32,000 bases of DNA, taken from the NCBI RefSeq assembly GCF_001598795.1, contig NZ_BCZP01000002.1:360001-392000 (forward strand), read 5' to 3'. A program made the translations under genes and the position numbers. The stretch comes from Delftia acidovorans NBRC 14950. Lineage in GTDB: Bacteria; Pseudomonadota; Gammaproteobacteria; Burkholderiales; Burkholderiaceae_C. Shown one piece after another: positions 16,155-22,726 of this stretch. Each line of letters begins with the position of its first letter. Within the stretch, counting starts at the first letter, position 1. The notes beneath the pieces are model-generated. The model was not told the origin of the DNA, did not search any database, and saw nothing but the letters and a program-made list of their open reading frames with translations.

Positions 16155-16457
16155 ATGCCGAATTTTTCTCAGCTTTTTGGGGGTGGGAGTGTGGTCAAAG
16201 GTGTTCAGCGAGGGGTTACAGAATCGCAGTCTGGTGCTTATGCAAATTACACAATAAAGGTGCCTATTTCTGCTGTTAATCCAGCAAAGACATTAGTAAA
16301 TATATTGACTCAGTACAGCAGTGGTGCAGAGGGATGGGAAACAACAATTTCGGCACGGCTTCTAAATGCGACAACCTTGGAGATATACGCTATACGGTCG
16401 AGTCCAGGTGGCATGTTTGGTCCCGCTATCTCGTGGGAGGTTATCGAGTTTGGTTAA
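16155..16457 (+). CDS. hypothetical 100-aa protein, last gene of the tail operon, on a low-GC cassette
   Basis: The ATG lies 3 nt after the previous stop. The product is MPNFSQLFGGGSVVKGVQRG...ISWEVIEFG. The segment is markedly AT-richer than the rest of the operon. Confidence 0.5.
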   Translation: MPNFSQLFGGGSVVKGVQRGVTESQSGAYANYTIKVPISAVNPAKTLVNILTQYSSGAEGWETTISARLLNATTLEIYAIRSSPGGMFGPAISWEVIEFG

Positions 16458-16514
16458 CAAGGTATGCTAATGAATTAAAGCGTGCATATTGGAATAAATG
16501 GCATTGGATATCTG

Positions 16515-16555
16515 ATGCGGCAGGCCTTTGAAAACATTGAACTGCCGCATATAAT
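16515..16555 (+). promoter_or_regulatory. near-consensus sigma70 promoter (TTGAAA-N16-TATAAT) bracketed by a 9-bp inverted repeat
   Basis: The -35 element TTGAAA is at 16528-16533 and the -10 element TATAAT at 16550-16555. The inverted repeat is ATGCGGCAG (16515-16523) and CTGCCGCAT (16542-16550). The same hairpin could instead end the tail operon, or a minus-strand ORF that stops at 16555. Confidence 0.35.
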
Positions 16556-16740
16556 CATTCGTCAGGCATATCATGAGATTGAACGGTATAGCGTTTGGAT
16601 GTTATCGGGTTCGGGGTCTTTGAGACTGCACCGAAGAACCCGAGATCATCATCACCAGCTTCACAGTAGATCGTGAGGCTTTGTGAATACACCCACTTCA
16701 CCGATTCGACGGTGCCTGTGGGTGCCACGCTGGTCCTATC

Positions 16741-16809
16741 TGCCGAACTGCCGAACTGCCGAACTGCCGAACTGCCGAACTGCCGAACTGCCGAACTGCC
16801 GAACTGCCG
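16741..16809. repeat. perfect tandem octanucleotide repeat (TGCCGAAC) x 8 plus a partial copy
   Basis: Counted by hand: eight complete TGCCGAAC units span 16741-16804, followed by TGCCG. Confidence 0.95.
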
Positions 16810-17010
16810 GCAGGCGCGCAGGTCTTGGCGAAGGAGGGCGGCTTCCGACTGCCCCTCCGGTTGTGCGATGGCTGCGAGCGCGTGGTGCTGGCCTCCATTG
16901 CCGAGGTCTCTGTCCACTTCGAGGACAGTCGGGTCTGGGAAGTGACCGAAACCATGGTCAATTCCTGCGCTTCAAGGGCTTCAAGATATTTGCCGTGGGA
17001 CTTGTCCTGA
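16810..17010 (+). other. coding-like segment without its own start codon (frame 1, stop TGA 17008-17010)
   Basis: My hand count over 50 codons (16810-16959) gives GC1 about 70%, GC2 about 44% and GC3 about 84%. That is the pattern of real genes in this genome. This frame is open back to 16687 but has no ATG, GTG or TTG before the repeat. Confidence 0.3.
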
Positions 17011-17026
17011 GGCGTGACATACAACC

Positions 17027-17050
17027 AAGCCGGCTCCTGCCGGCTTTTTT
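17027..17050 (+). terminator. rho-independent terminator
   Basis: Stem AAGCCGGC (17027-17034), loop TCCT, stem GCCGGCTT (17039-17046), with the T-run extending to 17050. Confidence 0.75.
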
Positions 17051-17120
17051 GCGCCTGCCCGCTGGCTAGGTGTTTTCCCCCGCATGTCTTCGCCGCGACA
17101 AGCTTTCCATGCAAAATAGC

Positions 17121-17132
17121 ACGAACGTTCGT
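17121..17132. promoter_or_regulatory. probable TetR operator (perfect 12-bp palindrome ACGAACGTTCGT)
   Basis: It lies 18 nt upstream of the TetR start codon, in an AT-richer promoter region. Confidence 0.45.
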
Positions 17133-17149
17133 TTTAACAAGAATTTCGC

Positions 17150-17857
17150 ATGTCCAGCGTTTCCGCCCCACGCCGCACCACCCGTTTGACCGCTGACGCC
17201 ACGGCCGATCCCAAGGCGGGCTCTTCCGTGCACGAAGCCGCTGCGCCCGCGCCGCGCCGCGCGCTGCACAAGGGGCAGCAGACCAAGGCCACCATTGTGG
17301 AGGCTGCCCTCAACCTGGCCACGCACATCGGGCTTGAGGGCCTGTCCATCGGCGCTCTGGCCGAGCTGACGGGCATGAGCAAGTCGGGCGTGTTCGCGCA
17401 TTTTGGCTCGCGCGAGGAGCTGCAGATTTCCGTGGTGCATGAGTACCACGACCGTTTCGAGCAGGAAGTGTTCTTTCCCGCGCTTCAGGCGCCGCGCGGC
17501 GTGGCGCGTCTGCGGGCGCTGTTCGACAACTGGATGAAGCGCACGTCGATCGAGCTGGACTCGGGCTGCATCTATATCAGCGGCGCCGTGGAGTTTGACG
17601 ACCGCACGGGGCCGGTGCGCGATGCGCTGACGGCCTCGGTCCAGACTTGGCACGCAGCCATGCGCCGCACCATCGTGCAGTGCCGCGAAAGCGGCGACCT
17701 GCGTGCCGACCTGGACGAGAACCAGCTGCTGTTCGAGATCCACGGCCTGATCCTGGCCCTGCATTACGAGGCGCGCTTCCTGCGCAATGAAGGCTCGATG
17801 CAGCGCGCCATCGACGGCTTCGAGAGCATTCTGGCGCGCTACGCCAGCCCGACCTGA
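17150..17857 (+). CDS. TetR-family transcriptional regulator, likely of the downstream fatty-acid degradation genes
   Basis: TetR HTH: IVEAALNLATHIGLEGLSIGALAELTGMSKSGVFAHFGSREEL. Confidence 0.85.
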   Translation: MSSVSAPRRTTRLTADATADPKAGSSVHEAAAPAPRRALHKGQQTKATIVEAALNLATHIGLEGLSIGALAELTGMSKSGVFAHFGSREELQISVVHEYHDRFEQEVFFPALQAPRGVARLRALFDNWMKRTSIELDSGCIYISGAVEFDDRTGPVRDALTASVQTWHAAMRRTIVQCRESGDLRADLDENQLLFEIHGLILALHYEARFLRNEGSMQRAIDGFESILARYASPT

Positions 17858-17919
17858 TTTTTCAGTTTCACCGTTTCCACCGCATCCACTGCAAACCCCG
17901 CCAACACAGGAGAAGACAA

Positions 17920-19725
17920 ATGCCCAGCTACAACCCGCCCCTGCGCGACATGCAATTCCTCATGCACGAGGTGTTCAAGGTCACGGACGACTACCAGCAG
18001 ATGACGGCGCATGCCGAGGTCGATGCCGACACCATCAATGCCGTGCTCGAAGAGGCGGGCAAGTTCGCGGCCAACGTGACGTTTCCGCTGAACATCAGCG
18101 GCGATGCAGAGGGCTGCGTGCTGAACAAGGAAACCCACGAGGTCACCACGCCCAAGGGCTTCAAGGAGGCCTACCAGAAGTATGTGGAAGGCGGCTGGCC
18201 TTCGCTGTCCTGCGATACGGCCTACGGCGGCCAGGGCCTGCCCTTTGCGGTGAACTCGGCGGTGTACGAGATGCTCAACAGCGCCAACCAGGCCTGGACC
18301 ATGTACCCGGGCCTGTCGCACGGCGCCTATGAAGCCCTGCATGTGCACGGCACGGAAGAGCAAAAGAAGCTGTACTTGCCCAAGCTGACCAGCGGCGAGT
18401 GGACCGGCACCATGTGCCTGACCGAGCCCCATTGCGGCACCGACCTGGGCCTGCTGCGCACCAAGGCCGAGCCCGTGGCCGGCGCGCCCGAGGGCACCTA
18501 CAAGATCACCGGCAACAAGATCTTCATCAGCGCGGGCGAGCACGATTTCACCGACAACATCGTCCACCTGGTGCTGGCCAGACTGCCCGATGCGCCGGTA
18601 GGCTCCAAGGGCATCAGCCTGTTCGTGGTGCCCAAGTTCGTGGTCAAGGCAGATGGTTCGCTGGGCGAGCGCAACCCCATCTTCTGCGGTGCGCTGGAGC
18701 ACAAGATGGGCATCCATGGCAATGCCACGGCACAGATCAATATCGACGGCGCCATCGGCACCCTGGTGGGCCAGCCGAACAAGGGTCTGCAGGCCATGTT
18801 CGTGATGATGAATGCCGCCCGCCTGGGCGTGGGCAACCAGTCGCTGGGCCTGACCGAGGTGGCCTACCAGAACGCCCTGGCCTATGCCAAGGACCGCCTG
18901 CAGATGCGCAGCCTGTCGGGCACCAAGGCCAAGGACAAGCCGGCCGATCCCATCATCGTCCACCCCGACGTGCGCCGCATGCTGCTGACGGCCAAGGCCT
19001 ATGCCGAAGGCGGCCGTGCGCTGGTCACCTACTGCGCCTTCCTGATCGACAAGGAGTTCAACCACCCCGACGAGAAGGTGCGCAAGGACAGTGCCGAGCT
19101 GGTGGCGCTGCTGACGCCCATCGTCAAGGCCTTCATCACCGACAACGGCTGGACGGCCACCACCATGAGCCAGCAGGTCTATGGCGGCCATGGCTTCATC
19201 ACCGAATGGGGCATGGAGCAGTTCGTGCGCGATGCGCGCATCAACATGATCTATGAAGGCACGAACGGCATTCAGGCGCTGGACCTGCTGGGCCGCAAGG
19301 TGCTGGGCAACCAGGGCGCATCGCTCAAGAAGTTCGGCAAGCTGGTGGCGCAACTGGTGGAGGAAGAGGGCGTCAACGAGAAGATGGCCGAGTTCATCAA
19401 CCCCATCGCCTACCTGGGCGACCAGATGACCAAGTTCACCACCGAGATCGGCTTCAAGGGCATGCAAAACCCCGACGAGGTGGGTGCCGCGTCCGTGGAC
19501 TACCTGCGTGTGGCGGGCCACCTGGTGTTCGGCTACTTCTTCGCCCGCATGGCCCAGGTGGCATTGCGCGAAATCGCCAAGGGCAATACCGACCCGTTCT
19601 ACCAGGCCAAGCTGCAGACCGCGCGCTTCTACTTCGCCAAGCTGCTGCCCGAGACCGCCACGCTCATGCGCACGGCCCGCGCAGGCAGCAAGTCGCTGAT
19701 GGACACGGACGCAGCGCTGGCCTGA
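17920..19725 (+). CDS. long-type acyl-CoA dehydrogenase (601 aa)
   Basis: ACAD motifs are present (MCLTEPHCGTDL, GHGFITEWGMEQFVRDARI, IYEGTNGIQA) together with an extended C-terminal domain. Confidence 0.9.
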   Translation: MPSYNPPLRDMQFLMHEVFKVTDDYQQMTAHAEVDADTINAVLEEAGKFAANVTFPLNISGDAEGCVLNKETHEVTTPKGFKEAYQKYVEGGWPSLSCDTAYGGQGLPFAVNSAVYEMLNSANQAWTMYPGLSHGAYEALHVHGTEEQKKLYLPKLTSGEWTGTMCLTEPHCGTDLGLLRTKAEPVAGAPEGTYKITGNKIFISAGEHDFTDNIVHLVLARLPDAPVGSKGISLFVVPKFVVKADGSLGERNPIFCGALEHKMGIHGNATAQINIDGAIGTLVGQPNKGLQAMFVMMNAARLGVGNQSLGLTEVAYQNALAYAKDRLQMRSLSGTKAKDKPADPIIVHPDVRRMLLTAKAYAEGGRALVTYCAFLIDKEFNHPDEKVRKDSAELVALLTPIVKAFITDNGWTATTMSQQVYGGHGFITEWGMEQFVRDARINMIYEGTNGIQALDLLGRKVLGNQGASLKKFGKLVAQLVEEEGVNEKMAEFINPIAYLGDQMTKFTTEIGFKGMQNPDEVGAASVDYLRVAGHLVFGYFFARMAQVALREIAKGNTDPFYQAKLQTARFYFAKLLPETATLMRTARAGSKSLMDTDAALA

Positions 19726-19805
19726 ACGGCTTCACTCCAACATGGGAGCGCGGGCTGTGCGCATCAGCGTGGCCTGCGCGCCTTTCTAGGCGAAAGGGGT
19801 TTGAA

Positions 19806-20246
19806 ATGAAGGCATATCAAGCACTGGCAGCAATGGTCCTGGGCCTCACGGCTGCCGCAGCGCAGGCGCAGATGACGCCCGTGGGCCTGTGGAAGAGCGT
19901 CGACGACAAGAGCGGCGAGGCCAAGTCCGAGATCCGCGTGGCCGAGAACGACGGCGTGGTCACGGGCCGCATCGAGCAGATCCTGCGAAAGGGCGCCGAT
20001 CCGGCCGCCACCTGCACCGAATGCTCGGACGACCGCAAGGGCCAGCCGCTCAAGGGGCTGGAGATCATCCGCGGCGCCAAGAAGGCCGAGGGCAAGGACG
20101 TCTGGGAAGGCGGCAAGATCCTCGACCCCGAAAACGGCAAGACCTACACGCTGCGCCTGACGCCCATCGAAGGCGGCGCCAAGCTCGAGGTGCGCGGCTC
20201 CATCGGCCCCTTCGGCCGCACCCAGACCTGGGTGCGCGTGCAGTAA
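19806..20246 (+). CDS. secreted DUF2147-family protein
   Basis: A signal peptide (MKAYQALAAMVLGLTAAAAQA) is followed by GLWKSVDD...CTECSDDRKGQPLKGLEII...ILDPENGKTY...TW. Confidence 0.75.
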   Translation: MKAYQALAAMVLGLTAAAAQAQMTPVGLWKSVDDKSGEAKSEIRVAENDGVVTGRIEQILRKGADPAATCTECSDDRKGQPLKGLEIIRGAKKAEGKDVWEGGKILDPENGKTYTLRLTPIEGGAKLEVRGSIGPFGRTQTWVRVQ

Positions 20247-20300
20247 ACCATTCCGGAGGGCGGCCGCAGCGGCCGCCTTCCTCCCACTTGTGGAACATCC

Positions 20301-22703
20301 ATGTCCCGATTCAATGTGAAGAAAGTCGCCGTGCTCGGCGCTGGCGTGATGGGAGCGCAGATCGCGGCCCATCTGGTCAATGTCAAGGTGCCCGTGGTGC
20401 TGTTCGACCTGCCCGCCAAGGAAGGCCCGAAAAGCGGTATTGCCGAGCGCGCCATCGCCAACCTCAAGAAGCTCAAGCCTTCGCCCATCGGCGTGGCCGA
20501 GGACGCGGACCTGATCCAGCCCGCCAACTACGAGGAGCACCTCAAGCTGCTCAAGGGCTGCGACCTGATCATCGAGGCCATTGCCGAGCGAATGGACTGG
20601 AAGCTCGACCTGTACACCAAGATCGCGCCCCATGTGGCCAAGCACGCCATCGTGGCGTCCAACACCTCGGGCCTGTCCATCACCAAGCTGTCCGAGGCGC
20701 TGCCCGACGCGATCAAGCCGCGCTTTTGCGGCATCCACTTCTTCAACCCGCCGCGCTACATGCCGCTGGTGGAGCTGATCGCCACGCCGACCACGCAGCC
20801 CGTGGTGCTGGACCAGCTCGAAGCCTTCGTCACCAGCGGCCTGGGCAAGGGCGTGGTGCGCGCCAAGGACACGCCCAACTTCATCGCCAACCGCATCGGC
20901 ATCGCCGGCATGCTGGCCACGATGAAAGAGGTCGAGAACTTCGGCCTGACTTTCGACGTGGTCGATGACCTCACCGGCAAGAAGCTGGGCCGCGCATCCA
21001 GCGGCACCTTCCGCACGGCCGACGTGGTGGGCCTGGACACCATGGCCCATGTGATCAAGACGTTGCAGGACAACCTCAGCGCCGAGACCGATCCCTTCTA
21101 CGGCAGCTTCGGCACGCCGCCCGTGCTGGCCAAGCTGATCGAGCTTGGCAACCTGGGCCAGAAGGCGAAGAAGGGCTTCTACAAGAAGGTCGGCCGCGAC
21201 ATCCTGCAGTTCGAGCTGGACAGCGAGGACTACGTGCCCGCCGGCGGCAAGGCCGACGAGGTCTATGGCCGCATGCTCAAGAAGCCCGCTGCCGAGCGCC
21301 TGAAGCTGCTGCGCAATGCCGAGGGCGCGCAGGGCCGCTTCCTGTGGGCCATCCTGCGCAACAGCTTCCACTACGCGGCCATCCACCTGGAGAGCATTGC
21401 CGAGTCCGCACGCGACGTGGACCAGGCCATGCGCTGGGGCTTCGGCATGAAGCAGGGCCCGTTCGAGCTGTGGCAGGAAGCCGGCTGGCTGGAAGTGGCG
21501 AAGATGGTCCAGGAGGACATCGATGCCGGCAAGGCATTGAGCAAGGCGCCTCTGCCCAAGTGGGTCTTCGAAGGCCCGGTGGCCGAGGCTGGCGGCGTGC
21601 ACACGGCGCAGGGCTCGTGGAGCCCTGCCAAGGGCCAATTCGTGCCCCGCCGCGTGCTGCCCGTCTACGAACGCCAGATATTCCCCGAGAAGCTGCTGGG
21701 CGAAGACAGCCTGCCCGACTGGAAGACGGCTGGCACCACGATCGCCGAATCCAAGGCGCTGCGCACCTGGACGCTGGACGGCCAGATCCTGATCGCCAGC
21801 ATCAAGAACAAGATGCACGCCATCAGCCCCGAGGTCATGGAAGCGCTGATGGAAGCCGTGGACGTGGCCGAGACCGACTTCCAGGGCATGGTCATCTGGT
21901 CGGGCGATGCGCCGTTCAGCGTGGGCGCCGACCTGGAAGCCACCATGCCGGCCTTCGTGATCGGCGGCGCAGACGCCATCGAAAGCGTGGAGCAGGAGCT
22001 GCAAAACCTGATGCTGCGCATCCGCTACGCCCAGGTGCCCGTGGTTGCGGCCATCCATGGCATGGCGCTGGGCGGCGGCTGCGAGCTGGCCGTCTACAGC
22101 GCGCGCCGCGTGGCGCATATGGAAAGCTACATCGGCCTGGTGGAAGTCGGCGTGGGCCTGGTGCCCGGCGCGGGCGGCCTGACCTATATCGCGCGCCGCG
22201 CGGCAGAGAACGCCGCCACCAGCACGGGCAAGGACCTGCTGCCCTTCCTGACCGAAGGCTTCACGGCCGCGGCCATGGCCAAGGTGGGCACCAGTGCCAT
22301 CGAGTCGCGCAAGCTGGGCTACCTGCTGGACAGCGACCTCATCGTGCCGCACAAGGACGAGCTGCTCTTCGTCGCCATCAACGAGGCCAAGTCCATGGCC
22401 GCAGGCGGCTGGCGCGCGCCGCTGCCGCGCAGCTTCCCCGTGGCGGGACGCAGCGGCGTGGCCACCATCAAGGGCTCGCTGGTCAACATGCGTGACGGCG
22501 GCTTCATCAGCGAGTTCGACCAGCATGTGGCCAGCCTGATCGCCAACGTGGTCTGCGGCGGCGACGTGGATGCGGGCACCCTGGTGGACGAGGCCTATCT
22601 GATGAAGCTCGAACGCAAGGCGTTCTGCCACCTGATCGGCCATCCGAAGACCCATGAACGCATTCTCGGAATGCTGAACACCGGCAAACCCGTCCGCAAT
22701 TGA
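20301..22703 (+). CDS. bifunctional 3-hydroxyacyl-CoA dehydrogenase / enoyl-CoA hydratase (FadB-like, dehydrogenase domain first)
   Basis: The N-terminus has an NAD-binding motif (VAVLGAGVMGAQIA) and IHFFNPPRYM. The C-terminus has a crotonase fold (AAIHGMALGGGCELA). Confidence 0.9.
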   Translation: MSRFNVKKVAVLGAGVMGAQIAAHLVNVKVPVVLFDLPAKEGPKSGIAERAIANLKKLKPSPIGVAEDADLIQPANYEEHLKLLKGCDLIIEAIAERMDWKLDLYTKIAPHVAKHAIVASNTSGLSITKLSEALPDAIKPRFCGIHFFNPPRYMPLVELIATPTTQPVVLDQLEAFVTSGLGKGVVRAKDTPNFIANRIGIAGMLATMKEVENFGLTFDVVDDLTGKKLGRASSGTFRTADVVGLDTMAHVIKTLQDNLSAETDPFYGSFGTPPVLAKLIELGNLGQKAKKGFYKKVGRDILQFELDSEDYVPAGGKADEVYGRMLKKPAAERLKLLRNAEGAQGRFLWAILRNSFHYAAIHLESIAESARDVDQAMRWGFGMKQGPFELWQEAGWLEVAKMVQEDIDAGKALSKAPLPKWVFEGPVAEAGGVHTAQGSWSPAKGQFVPRRVLPVYERQIFPEKLLGEDSLPDWKTAGTTIAESKALRTWTLDGQILIASIKNKMHAISPEVMEALMEAVDVAETDFQGMVIWSGDAPFSVGADLEATMPAFVIGGADAIESVEQELQNLMLRIRYAQVPVVAAIHGMALGGGCELAVYSARRVAHMESYIGLVEVGVGLVPGAGGLTYIARRAAENAATSTGKDLLPFLTEGFTAAAMAKVGTSAIESRKLGYLLDSDLIVPHKDELLFVAINEAKSMAAGGWRAPLPRSFPVAGRSGVATIKGSLVNMRDGGFISEFDQHVASLIANVVCGGDVDAGTLVDEAYLMKLERKAFCHLIGHPKTHERILGMLNTGKPVRN

Positions 22704-22726
22704 GGCAGATCGAGGAGAGACAAGAC

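Larger units (their letters stand above)
4702..16457. mobile_element. prophage-derived, head-less tail gene cluster with its own CI/Mor switch (tailocin-like island)
   Basis: Only phage regulators and siphovirus tail-module ORFs lie between the slmA terminator and the TetR-fad operon. I recognise no capsid, terminase, portal, integrase or lysis ORFs. Confidence 0.6.

Noticed and set aside
13839-16457. Diversity-generating retroelement or invertible fibre cassette acting on the tail-fibre genes.
   Set aside because: I found no reverse transcriptase or invertase ORF, no template/variable repeat pair, and no long inverted repeats flanking the fibre genes.
16741-16809. Possible CRISPR array.
   Set aside because: The units are 8 bp and directly abutting, with no spacers, and no cas genes are present. 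It is a simple tandem repeat.
16555-16917. Minus-strand 120-aa ORF through the octamer repeat (and ORF 16698-17171 on the minus strand) as real genes.
   Set aside because: The start is a GTG with no RBS. Upstream of the repeat this frame is the exact mirror of the plus frame 1, and plus frame 1 has the better GC3-over-GC1 coding signature. The low-GC C-terminal part (…VESVKWVYSQSLTIYCEAGDDDLGFFG…) followed by the hairpin at 16515-16550 stops me excluding it completely, so it is mentioned under the findings rather than called.
19764-22655. A 963-aa ORF on the minus strand. Similar long antisense or alternative-frame ORFs occur at 11131-12999, 17839-19521, 26956-28710, 30497-31903, 537-1451 and 22595-23851.
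   Set aside because: These lie opposite to, or out of frame with, genes that have unmistakable conserved motifs. Their translations are Arg/Ala/Gly/His-rich low-complexity strings, typical of stop-poor non-coding frames in high-GC DNA.
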